Notes under the pieces: generated by a model | Seen by the model: only the letters and a program-made list of their open reading frames with translations | Told to the model about the DNA's origin: nothing | The model's database searches: none | Program-made: the position numbers and the translations under genes | Shown: positions 1 through 8,319 of the stretch, in pieces | Layout: each line of letters starts with the position of its first letter | How positions within the stretch are numbered: the first letter of the stretch is position 1 | Assembly (NCBI GenBank): GCA_964421815.1 | Contig: CAYQYT010000002.1 | Span: 33,396-97,395, forward strand | Source: an uncultured Eubacteriales bacterium | GTDB lineage: Bacteria; Bacillota; Clostridia; Oscillospirales; Acutalibacteraceae | Length of the DNA stretch: 64,000 nt | Direction of reading: 5' to 3'

Positions 1-632
1 TTTGCCAAAGCCGCAAATCTCTCACCGTCAAACATATTGTGACCATAGAGAAGAGTGTTTCTGTCAAGGGGCTTGAAATCTGCTTTGTAGGTTGCAAAAA
101 CAGCACCGTAGCTGGTGGTTTTACCGTTAAAGTCATGTTTCAAATAGTATTTGTCGTTATCCGCCTGAACTACGGGAGTGTCTATTTTTGTTCCGTCGAT
201 TTTGAGATAGCCTACCGTCTGGGGATTTTTTGCATAATAGAGCGCATAGTCATAAAGAATGCCCGCAGGGAACTTCACATCTAAAAGTTCCGGATATTTT
301 TCGTAAAGATATGCCCACTTTTCTTCCTCGGAAAGTCCGTCAAGGTCTTTTAGAACGCTGTCAGGAAGCAGGGCCTCATTCTGAGTTTTTTCCTCTTGGC
401 GCAGAACCAAGAATTTTTCTATGCCTTTTTTACCCACATAAAATCCGGAAACGAGTACCGTAAAAGCAAGAACAAAACTGATTACGTTCAGAATACGTTT
501 TTTTAGTATTCTTCGTTTTAAGCGTTTATATATTTCTTGCTTTTGGGTTTCGTCGGTTCTGAAAACCGTTTCTTCCGATTTTTCAAAGTAGGTATAAGGT
601 GAAGAAACAGGTTCTTTTTTCTTTTTTTTCAT
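1..632 (-). CDS. srtB: class B sortase; start codon present, C-terminal end runs off the window start (open-ended, so absent from the ORF track)
   Basis: Manual minus-strand translation from the ATG at 632-630 gives MKKKKKEPVSSPYTYFEKSEE...ILNVISFVLAFTVLVSGFYVG, an N-terminal TM anchor. It continues ...GYLKIDGTKIDTPVVQADNDKYYLKHDFNGKTTSYGAVF...NTLLYGHNMFDGERFAALA with no stops. The YLKIDGT-IDxPVVQ and YGHNM (catalytic His) motifs are typical of SrtB. The ATG overlaps the TAA of the upstream ORF (TAATG). Confidence 0.75.
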   Translation of the reverse strand, partial: MKKKKKEPVSSPYTYFEKSEETVFRTDETQKQEIYKRLKRRILKKRILNVISFVLAFTVLVSGFYVGKKGIEKFLVLRQEEKTQNEALLPDSVLKDLDGLSEEEKWAYLYEKYPELLDVKFPAGILYDYALYYAKNPQTVGYLKIDGTKIDTPVVQADNDKYYLKHDFNGKTTSYGAVFATYKADFKPLDRNTLLYGHNMFDGERFAALA

Positions 633-1120
633 TATATATCACCCAAAAGATTTAATGCTGTAAAAACAGCAGAAATTCTATTTTGTAATCTTATATCATT
701 TGTAAAGTTGTTTCTCAATTCCTTACAGATTGTTGTGTTACCGTCCGCGATGCAGACATAAATCAGTCCTACGGGTTTTGAGGTGCCGTCGGAGGACGGA
801 CCCGCGATTCCGGTTATGCCTATACCGATGTCGCTTTTCAAAGCCTTTCGTACACCGTTAGCCATTTCGGAGGCAACCTGTTCGCTGACCGCACCGAAGG
901 ATTTGAGAGAGTTCTCCTTTACACCCAAAATATTCATTTTTACTTGGTTGGAGTAGGAGCAAACACCACCTTGGTAAACCGCGGAAGCACCGCTGACATC
1001 GGTTATTATTTTGCTGACCCAACCACCCGTACACGATTCTGCAAGTGCAAGGGTTTTGTTGCTTTCTTTCAGTTTATTTACCGCCTTTTCGGCAAGTTTG
1101 ATTAAATCAAGTTCAGTCAT
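632..1120 (-). CDS. CinA-family C-terminal domain protein (PncC-like nicotinamide-nucleotide amidohydrolase)
   Basis: 162 aa. The LALAESCTGGW and GIGITGIAGP motifs and the overall length fit the stand-alone CinA/PncC deamidase domain. Confidence 0.8.
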   Translation of the reverse strand: MTELDLIKLAEKAVNKLKESNKTLALAESCTGGWVSKIITDVSGASAVYQGGVCSYSNQVKMNILGVKENSLKSFGAVSEQVASEMANGVRKALKSDIGIGITGIAGPSSDGTSKPVGLIYVCIADGNTTICKELRNNFTNDIRLQNRISAVFTALNLLGDI

Positions 1121-2300
1121 TTTCTACACCGTTTGAAGTTATGGCAATACGTTTGATTCCCTCAAGGGCTCTTTGGCAAAGAGCCTCAATGTCAAGGACT
1201 TTTTCCGCCTCTTCCACATCATGAAGTTGTGGACGGGTTTTGGGATGCTTTGGTGTGAATACCGTGCAACAGTCCTCAAAGGGTTGGATTGAAATATCAA
1301 AGGTATCGATTTTTCTTGAAATTGTGATTATTTCTTCTTTGTCCATACCGATACAGGGACGGAAAACGGGTTGATTTGCAACTGCATCCGTGCAACCAAG
1401 AGCTAAAGTTGTCTGACTTGCAACCTGTGCCACACTTTCACCGGTAATAAGTGCATGACAATCCGTGTTTTCTGCAAGCATACAGGCAATACGCATCATA
1501 AAACGGCGCATAATAATTGTGAAGTATTCCTCGGGGCATTTTTCACGGATAAGTTCCTGAATTTCCGTAAAGGGAACCGTGTGAAGCCAAATTCTTCCGC
1601 TGTAACGGGCAACCTTTGCAAGTAAGTCGTGAACCTTTTGCTCGGAGCGAGGGGATGTATAGGGGGGAGAGGCAAAGTGAATACCCACAAGTTCAAGTCC
1701 GCGTTTTGCCATCATATAGGCGGCAACGGGACTGTCTATACCGCCGGAAATAAGGAGCATTGCTCTGCCGGAGGAACCAACGGGCATACCACCCGCACCT
1801 TTTAACTGATTTCCGCGGATATATGCTTGGTCGCGTATCTCAACCGTAACCTTGATATCGGGATTTTTAACATCGACTTTAAGGTGGGGGAAATGTTGCA
1901 GAAGTCTTTCTCCGACCTTTGCGGAAATTTCAGGGGAGTTATATGGGAAACTTTTGTCGGAACGCTTTGCCTCAACTTTAAAGGTGTTGGCATCTTCAAG
2001 TTGTTCCCTCAGATACTCCGGTGCAATTTCAAGTATTTTATCCATATCTTTTTCGGAAACCGCCGCCCTTGAATAAGCGGATATTCCGAATACTCGGGAA
2101 ATTTCATCCGCCGCAGCATCCAAATCAGCATTTTCATCCATAGGTGTTACGGTAATTGTTGATTGTGAACTTTTAAGTTGGAATGTACCGAAGGGATGTA
2201 TTCTCCGACGAATATTCTTCATTAACATTGATTCAAAAGAGGAGCGGTTCAAGCCCTTGAGAGCAAGTTCGCCGTCTTTTATAAGAATGATTTCTTTCAT
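1113..2300 (-). CDS. thiI: tRNA 4-thiouridine(8) synthase ThiI
   Basis: 395 aa. It has an N-terminal ferredoxin-like/THUMP region and the PP-loop SGGIDSPVAAY. It lies immediately downstream of a cysteine desulfurase with a 1-nt gap and overlaps the next ORF by 8 nt. Confidence 0.9.
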   Translation of the reverse strand: MKEIILIKDGELALKGLNRSSFESMLMKNIRRRIHPFGTFQLKSSQSTITVTPMDENADLDAAADEISRVFGISAYSRAAVSEKDMDKILEIAPEYLREQLEDANTFKVEAKRSDKSFPYNSPEISAKVGERLLQHFPHLKVDVKNPDIKVTVEIRDQAYIRGNQLKGAGGMPVGSSGRAMLLISGGIDSPVAAYMMAKRGLELVGIHFASPPYTSPRSEQKVHDLLAKVARYSGRIWLHTVPFTEIQELIREKCPEEYFTIIMRRFMMRIACMLAENTDCHALITGESVAQVASQTTLALGCTDAVANQPVFRPCIGMDKEEIITISRKIDTFDISIQPFEDCCTVFTPKHPKTRPQLHDVEEAEKVLDIEALCQRALEGIKRIAITSNGVEND

Positions 2301-2301
2301 T

Positions 2302-3438
2302 TCATCTTTCCTTTTTGCCGTATTTTTCTGCGGCTTCTTTTATTGCGTTTATTAAATAATCAATTTCTTCCTCCGTATTAAAACGGGATAGGCTGATTCT
2401 TACTGCGCTGTCAATTCTTTCGGGAGAAAGTCCCATTGCAGTCAGCACAGGACTTCGGTGCCCCATTTTGCAGGCGGAACCTGCGGAAATGCAGATACCT
2501 TTTTCGCTCATGAAATTCACTATGGGTTGACTTGGCAGACCCAGAATTGAAATATTTAAAATATAGGGTATTGCATCTTCGGGGGAGTTAATTTTAACAC
2601 AGGGAATATCAATTATACCGCTGAGCAGACGGTTTTTAAGGGTTTTAACATATTCGCTGTTTAAGGCGATGTCCGCAGCCTCCTGTGCCGCAGCACCGAA
2701 AGACATAATGGCGGGAGTGGCCTCAGTACCGGAGTGGATTCCCTGTTCCTGTCCACCGCCGAGTATATATGGCTTTATTATTCCTTTTGATTTGAGATAA
2801 ATGCCGCCCACACCTTTCAAAGCGTGGATTTTGTGACCGCTTACGGTGTAGATATCCGCATCCAGCGTTTTAGGTGATAGGGGGATTTTTGAAAAAGCCT
2901 GAACGCAGTCCGAATGAATTACCGCAGGAGCACCCCCACGTTTTACGGCGGCGCGAATACGGTTTACGGGAAGTACGGAACCCACTTCATTGTTAACTGC
3001 CATACAGGAAACAAGAATTGTGTTTTGATTTATGCTTTCAAAAAGCTCATCTTCACGAATTTTTCCGTTTTCATCGGGATTCAGTCGGATAACTTCAAAG
3101 CCCGAAGCCTCAAGACGCTTTATAGGTTCAAGAACACTCGGATGTTCAATAGCCGTTGTAACGATTCTGTTGCCCTCACGTTTAAGTTTTTCACACGCTC
3201 CGAAAATTGCCGTATTGTTTGCGATTGTGCCGGAGGAGGTAAAGAAAAATGAATTTTCATTGACATTTAAAAGTCGGGCAACCTGCTTTCTTGCAGTTCG
3301 GAGATTATCGGAAGATTCCAAACCAAAAGAATGGAGTGAGGAAGGATTGCCCCAGGCGTTTTCCATTGCTTCTTTTGCGGCATTTACCGCCGCAGAGCAA
3401 GGCTTAGTTGTTGCACTGTTGTCAAAATACGCTCTCAA
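2302..3438 (-). CDS. iscS: cysteine desulfurase (class V aminotransferase, NifS/IscS/NifZ-like), the sulfur donor partner of ThiI
   Basis: 378 aa with the PLP-lysine motif SGHKIHALKG and the persulfide cysteine loop SAGSACK. Gene order with thiI matches the Firmicutes nifZ-thiI pair. Confidence 0.85.
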   Translation of the reverse strand: MRAYFDNSATTKPCSAAVNAAKEAMENAWGNPSSLHSFGLESSDNLRTARKQVARLLNVNENSFFFTSSGTIANNTAIFGACEKLKREGNRIVTTAIEHPSVLEPIKRLEASGFEVIRLNPDENGKIREDELFESINQNTILVSCMAVNNEVGSVLPVNRIRAAVKRGGAPAVIHSDCVQAFSKIPLSPKTLDADIYTVSGHKIHALKGVGGIYLKSKGIIKPYILGGGQEQGIHSGTEATPAIMSFGAAAQEAADIALNSEYVKTLKNRLLSGIIDIPCVKINSPEDAIPYILNISILGLPSQPIVNFMSEKGICISAGSACKMGHRSPVLTAMGLSPERIDSAVRISLSRFNTEEEIDYLINAIKEAAEKYGKKER

Positions 3439-3598
3439 AGCAATACTTCCTTTCGATAATTACCCATTATTTCGTTTATTATACTATATAAACGGCATTT
3501 TTGTAAATGCTTTTAGATGAACTTTTAATGTAAATTTGTTGAATAATTTATTAACTTCGGTAAAAAATGAAAATGATGTATTCAAAGAGGTGTATAGC

Positions 3599-4939
3599 AT
3601 GATTAAAAAAAGACGTAACGTAGTAAGACTTGTCAGCTTTCTTACGGCTGTTGTGGTGGCTCTCGGTATATGGGGCGGAATGAATATGTACAAATTGGCC
3701 GTAATAAAGCGTGATGTTCAGGCTTCAAGAGAACGGGCTTTGACGCAGTTGGGGACATATATGGATGATATTGACCTTAATTTGCAGAAATGTATCTATT
3801 CATCAAGCCCTTCAATGCTTTCCGAAGTTGCTTCAAAACTTTGGCGCTCAAGTTCCTCTGCAAAGGAAAGCCTTTCAGAGATAACTGACGGAAACACCCA
3901 GGTTTCCGAAGTGTATAAGTTTTTGTCACAGGTGGGTGAATATACCCTGTCTCTTAATGAAAAACTTTCCAAAGGCGAGAAACTTACGGAGGAAGAAACC
4001 GATAATCTGAAAAAATTAAAACAATATTCGGAAAAACTTTCCCAAACCGTAAATTATCTCATTGAGGAAGAAGAAAACGGCGGACTTAACTTTGAAGAAG
4101 TTAAATCCACGCTTCAGGGCGAGGGGGATGAAAAACTCTACCTTGCTACGGAACTCAACGATGTAAATCAGGCATTGGAGGATTACCCAACGCTTATTTA
4201 TGACGGACCGTTTTCCGACCATATCAATTCAAAAAAGTCACAACTTCTTGAAAATCTTGAGGATGTGACCCAGGACAACGCTCAGGAAAAAGCCGCTAAA
4301 TTTCTCGGTGTTAACAAAGAAGAAATCTATTTTTCAAATAAGACCGACAGTAATTTAAGCACATACACCTTTTATAATTCGGACACCACCGTGTCCGTAA
4401 CCCAAAAAGGCGGATTGATTTCATATATGCTTAAATCCCGATATGCAGGGGAAAGCACCCTTGAAGCAAAGGATGCGGTGAAAAAGGCACGGGCATTTTT
4501 GGAAGAAAAGGGCTACACCAAAATTAAAGAAAGCTACTATTCCACCGTGGATGGTGTGTGTACCGTTAATTTCTCCTATTACGAGGATGGAGTGACCTAT
4601 TACACGGATCTTATTAAAGTCAGTGTGGCTCTTGATAACGGAGAAATAACCGGTTTTGATGCCACCGGCTATATAATGAACCATAAAACCCGTAACATTC
4701 CCGCAAAAACAAAATACACATTGGAATCGGGTAAAAAACTTTTAAAAGACGATTTGAAAGTTTTGTCCTATAAAAAAGCGTTTATTCCTACGGATTACGA
4801 AACGGAAAATTATGTTTATGAGTATCATTGCAGAGCGGATGATTCCCGGGAAATACTTGTTTATATTGACCCGTTGACAGGGGAAGAAAAGAATATTTTG
4901 ATTCTTCTTTACAGCGACGGCGGAGTTCTTACAAAATAA
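3599..4939 (+). CDS. ypeB: germination protein YpeB (N-terminal TM, PepSY-type C-terminal domains)
   Basis: The ORF 3536-4939 is trimmed to the ATG at 3599, which is preceded by AGAGGTG. MIKKRRNVVRLVSFLTAVVVALGIWGG is a TM segment. The YpeB-like central region reads SEVYKFLSQVGEYT. C-terminal PepSY-like repeats include VALDNGEITGFDA and IDPLTGEE. Confidence 0.75.
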   Translation: MIKKRRNVVRLVSFLTAVVVALGIWGGMNMYKLAVIKRDVQASRERALTQLGTYMDDIDLNLQKCIYSSSPSMLSEVASKLWRSSSSAKESLSEITDGNTQVSEVYKFLSQVGEYTLSLNEKLSKGEKLTEEETDNLKKLKQYSEKLSQTVNYLIEEEENGGLNFEEVKSTLQGEGDEKLYLATELNDVNQALEDYPTLIYDGPFSDHINSKKSQLLENLEDVTQDNAQEKAAKFLGVNKEEIYFSNKTDSNLSTYTFYNSDTTVSVTQKGGLISYMLKSRYAGESTLEAKDAVKKARAFLEEKGYTKIKESYYSTVDGVCTVNFSYYEDGVTYYTDLIKVSVALDNGEITGFDATGYIMNHKTRNIPAKTKYTLESGKKLLKDDLKVLSYKKAFIPTDYETENYVYEYHCRADDSREILVYIDPLTGEEKNILILLYSDGGVLTK

Positions 4940-5017
4940 GTATATTTAAAAAAATTCGAGGAATAATTATATAGGAGCTACCAGAAATTTATTTATCTCC
5001 GGAAAGGGCGTGAATAT

Positions 5018-5278
5018 ATGAAAAGGCTTATTACGGTTGTTGCAGTTGCTTTGCTTATCGGTTGTATCGCATTTGTGTTCACCGGTTGCGGCGGTAATGA
5101 TGAAAATGTAACTACTACCACAATACCCGCCACATCAAATTCTGCCACCCAGAATCCCGGTGTGGTAACAGATGAGTCCCAAAAGGGCAATAACGGTGTT
5201 TTAGGTGATATTGTTACAGATATTTCAGAGGGCGTGTCGGATGCAGTTACTGATGTATCGGAAGGTTTAACACGCTAA
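5018..5278 (+). CDS. small secreted lipoprotein, function unknown
   Basis: 86 aa. Signal peptide plus lipobox (LIGCIAFVFTGCGGND), followed by a T/S/D-rich mature part. A weak RBS GGAAAGGG lies 9 nt upstream. Confidence 0.5.
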   Translation: MKRLITVVAVALLIGCIAFVFTGCGGNDENVTTTTIPATSNSATQNPGVVTDESQKGNNGVLGDIVTDISEGVSDAVTDVSEGLTR

Positions 5279-5282
5279 AAAC

Positions 5283-5605
5283 TTCTGAATTTTACCCATA
5301 AGCCGATTTTTCCCCCTCGTAGTATCCATATACAACTTCGGGGCAAGAAATCGGCTTCTGCATTAAAATTCAAAAGTTTTTATTATAACGGATTTCTGAA
5401 TTTTACCCATAAGCCGATTCTTCCCTTGTGGTATTCACTAACTTCAAGGCAAGAAATCGGCTTCTGCATTGATATTCAAAAGTTTTTATTATAACGGATT
5501 TCTGAATTTTACCCATAAGCCGATTCTTCCCTTGTGGTATTCACTAACTTCAAGGCAAGAAATCGGCTTCTGCATTGATATTCAAAAGTTTTTATCATAA
5601 TAACT
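5283..5605. repeat. three head-to-tail copies of a 106-111-nt unit, each containing a 16-18-bp imperfect hairpin
   Basis: TTCTGAATTTTACCCATAAGCCGATT recurs at 5283, 5394 and 5500. Units 2 and 3 are near identical and unit 1 has diverged. Each unit has AAGCCGATT(C/T)TTCCC...GGCAAGAAATCGGCTT inverted arms. Confidence 0.9.
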
Positions 5606-5638
5606 ATTAAATTTTACCTGTCCGTTGTTTTAAACAAG

Positions 5639-5677
5639 AAAAACAGCAAATCATTTTTCGTGATTTGCTGTTTTTAT
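5639..5677. terminator. bidirectional intrinsic terminator between convergent genes
   Basis: AAACAGCAAATCA-tttttcg-TGATTTGCTGTTT is flanked by A-run and T-run, immediately 3' of the 833-aa minus-strand ORF. Confidence 0.7.
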
Positions 5678-5678
5678 A

Positions 5679-8180
5679 TTAAAAACTGATTTTCTGTTGT
5701 GCAACTGTTTTACCGTTTGAGTCCAAAAGTTCAAATACAACCGTGTAATTGGTGTATTGGGTTGAGGGGTACGACATAACCGCCGTATTGTTGCTTTCGG
5801 AAAGGGTTACGGTTTGTTTTTGGGAATAACCGTATGCGGTTGTATATTTCAGAGTAAGTGTTTGACCGTAAAGAGACTTATCATTGACAACGGTGTGGAA
5901 GTATATAACCTTTGTATTGTCAAGTTTTGTAAGGGCTGTTTTCAGGTCGGAGGAACCGTAATTTACAAAAACTTTAACATCGGAGGAAGTAACCTCTGAT
6001 GAGCCCAAAAGTTCTTTGCGAAGTTCTGCACTGTTGCGGTAACCTGCAGATGTAAGCTCGTCGAGATATTTTACGGTAGTTTTGTTTGTTTTATCAAAAT
6101 TATCCGTAACATACATATATTTGGCTTCGGTAATTTTGTCCTTGGAATCGGAGTATTTCTTGATTGCCGTAAGTATTTCAATGGCAGTTTCATACTCTTT
6201 GTTTTCCATTAAGGAGAGAGCTTTTCTGTAAGAACACTCCTTAACCATTGTTTCACTGTCTCCATACTCACCAAGTTCGGTAAATAGTTTGGCTGCAGTA
6301 TCAAAGTCCTCGCTTTCCAAAGCCTTATTTGCTTCACTGTAAGCACATGCCTGTGCTCTTGTTTTGGAGTCACCGTAATTGTCCAATTTTTCAAATATGA
6401 TTTTTGCTTCCGAGAAGTTTTCTGCTTCTTCAAGAAGTACAGCCCTGTTGTATTCACATTCCGTCAGTTTGTCTTTACTGTCGGAATAGTCGCCTAACTC
6501 GGCAAATACCGTGATAGCATCATCGTATTTTTTTTCTTCCGCCAAGGAAACGGCTTTGTCGTATTTGTAGTCATTGACAAGTTGAGGTCCGAATTTGTAG
6601 CCTGAAACAAGTCCTGCCAGGGCAATTAACAAAACAACCAAAACAAGACCTTTGCGGCTTTTTTTCTTTTTTGGTTTTTTGTCGGTTCCATTTTCTTCCG
6701 GAACAGGTTCGTTTGAAATATCATCTTTATCGGTATCATTCACCGCAATATCACATTCAATAATGTCATATTTAGGTTCGGATTCAATTTCCACAATTCC
6801 GTCGGATTCATCGGTTTCGTCAGTTCCGTTTGAGGAATCTTCCGAACTGGTTTCCTCCTCTGTTTCAACGTCGTTTACTTCTTCATCAACCGATGTGGAG
6901 GAAATGTTTTCGGGTTCAATTTTTTTCTCGTCCGTGGATGTATCTTGAACTTCAATTTCGATTACATCGTCAGCAAGGTAATCTTCCTGTTCTTCTTCGG
7001 GTGTGTCCTCGGTAACAGACTCGGAAATTTCCTGTGTTTCGGTTTCCTGTTCTTCCTCCGGGGATGTTTCCTCAACAGAGTCAACCTCGTCAATTATCTC
7101 GGAGTCGGGGTGTGTATCTTCGTTTGCAGGTTCGCTTTCTCCAACAACATCACCCGTTTCTTCTTGAATTTCGGGAGCGTTTTCGTTTTCGTCAGAGGTG
7201 TTCTCCGCAATTTCTTCGGGTGCTTCTTTGGTAACGGGTTCGGGGACAATCTCGGGTTCGATGAAAACAACTGTTTCTTCCTGGGTTGCTATGTGTTCAT
7301 CAAAGTGCTCCTTATAGCTTTCCTGAAGAAATTCGTAGGAAACGCTTTTCAATTTATCGGCAATTGCACCCGTGCCCTTAATTGTGTTGTACTGACCTTG
7401 CTCGAGCAGTTCTTCAAGTTGATTGAATTTTTCTGCCTGTGAAAGAAGAAACTCGTATTTGTCATGGCTTTTTTGGAAGAACATAACAATACAGCGGTAA
7501 TAAATTTCGAGATTTTTTATATCGTTGGTAAGTATTCCCGTAAATACCGTATGGGACGCGATATTTTCGCAGATTTTTTGGAATTTGATGTCTCCGACTT
7601 CTTCTGCAATTTCCTTTTCAACATAAAAGCAGTCGGAAAATTTAACGGATATTTGTTGTGAAGAACTTTCGTTGTACTTTGCCACAAGGTCCGAAAGATT
7701 TGATCTGAAAGCAGTTGCTTTGTCCTGAATATTAAGAATGGCGGCAACTTCTTTTTTTATTTTTTCCGCATCCGCATCTGCAAACAATCTGACATGACTT
7801 TCAGAAAGGGCTTTTTCGGTTTCTTGAATTAAGTCATTTGATATTGCAATAAGTTTGGGGAAGTCCTCATGGGGAACATCGGAAAAAGCATCAATTATTT
7901 TTTTGTAAGTGGCTTCAAGAGAATCGGTGTCCTCGTCAAATTTCTTTGCGTCGCATAAAGCCTTGTAAATAACCGCAAGGGGTTCAGCACCGTTTTTGAC
8001 AATATACTTCATCAGGCAATTATCCGCCTCACCGTAATTCCCTTCGTTATAATACTGGACACCTAAAAGGAGATTTTCACAACTTTCCTCGAAGGTTGTC
8101 TCACATGAGGGGCATACGAATTTGCCGCCTTTATTTTGAAGATAAGCGTTTTTACATTCCGTACAAATGATTCTTATCAT
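5679..8180 (-). CDS. membrane protein: N-terminal zinc ribbon, about 200-aa acidic low-complexity region, one TM helix, four TPR-like 36-38-aa repeats, C-terminal beta-rich domain
   Basis: 833 aa. The zinc ribbon is CTECKNAY...CPSCETTF. An E/D/T/S-rich segment follows, then KKKKSRKGLVLVVLLIALAGLVSG. The repeats read G(D/E/N)Y(S/G)DS(K/E)(D/T)..TEC.Y. No recognisable enzymatic motif. Confidence 0.6.
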   Translation of the reverse strand: MIRIICTECKNAYLQNKGGKFVCPSCETTFEESCENLLLGVQYYNEGNYGEADNCLMKYIVKNGAEPLAVIYKALCDAKKFDEDTDSLEATYKKIIDAFSDVPHEDFPKLIAISNDLIQETEKALSESHVRLFADADAEKIKKEVAAILNIQDKATAFRSNLSDLVAKYNESSSQQISVKFSDCFYVEKEIAEEVGDIKFQKICENIASHTVFTGILTNDIKNLEIYYRCIVMFFQKSHDKYEFLLSQAEKFNQLEELLEQGQYNTIKGTGAIADKLKSVSYEFLQESYKEHFDEHIATQEETVVFIEPEIVPEPVTKEAPEEIAENTSDENENAPEIQEETGDVVGESEPANEDTHPDSEIIDEVDSVEETSPEEEQETETQEISESVTEDTPEEEQEDYLADDVIEIEVQDTSTDEKKIEPENISSTSVDEEVNDVETEEETSSEDSSNGTDETDESDGIVEIESEPKYDIIECDIAVNDTDKDDISNEPVPEENGTDKKPKKKKSRKGLVLVVLLIALAGLVSGYKFGPQLVNDYKYDKAVSLAEEKKYDDAITVFAELGDYSDSKDKLTECEYNRAVLLEEAENFSEAKIIFEKLDNYGDSKTRAQACAYSEANKALESEDFDTAAKLFTELGEYGDSETMVKECSYRKALSLMENKEYETAIEILTAIKKYSDSKDKITEAKYMYVTDNFDKTNKTTVKYLDELTSAGYRNSAELRKELLGSSEVTSSDVKVFVNYGSSDLKTALTKLDNTKVIYFHTVVNDKSLYGQTLTLKYTTAYGYSQKQTVTLSESNNTAVMSYPSTQYTNYTVVFELLDSNGKTVAQQKISF

Positions 8181-8247
8181 ACATCCACCTTAACCTTGTT
8201 AGGTATTTTGAGTGATAATTTCACCCATATCAAACTTCATAATACCA

Positions 8248-8302
8248 TAAAACGACCGTTCTTTGCAACATTTTATTACAAAAAGATTGCAAAAACGGTC
8301 GA
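8248..8302 (-). terminator. intrinsic terminator after the 744-aa ORF
   Basis: On the minus strand, CGACCGTTTTTGCAA...TTGCAAAGAACGGTCG is followed by TTTT. Confidence 0.55.
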
Positions 8303-8319
8303 AAAAGGTAACAAATATG

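Noticed and set aside
5283-5605. CRISPR array
   Set aside because: The units are contiguous 106-111-nt copies without unique spacers, and no cas genes are nearby. It is a tandem repeat, not a CRISPR array.
6652-7442. Plus-strand ORFs (98, 61, 165 and 66 aa) antisense to the 833-aa gene
   Set aside because: They mirror the low-complexity acidic coding region (GAA/GAT-rich sense strand gives Phe/Ser/Leu-rich antisense frames). They have no RBS.
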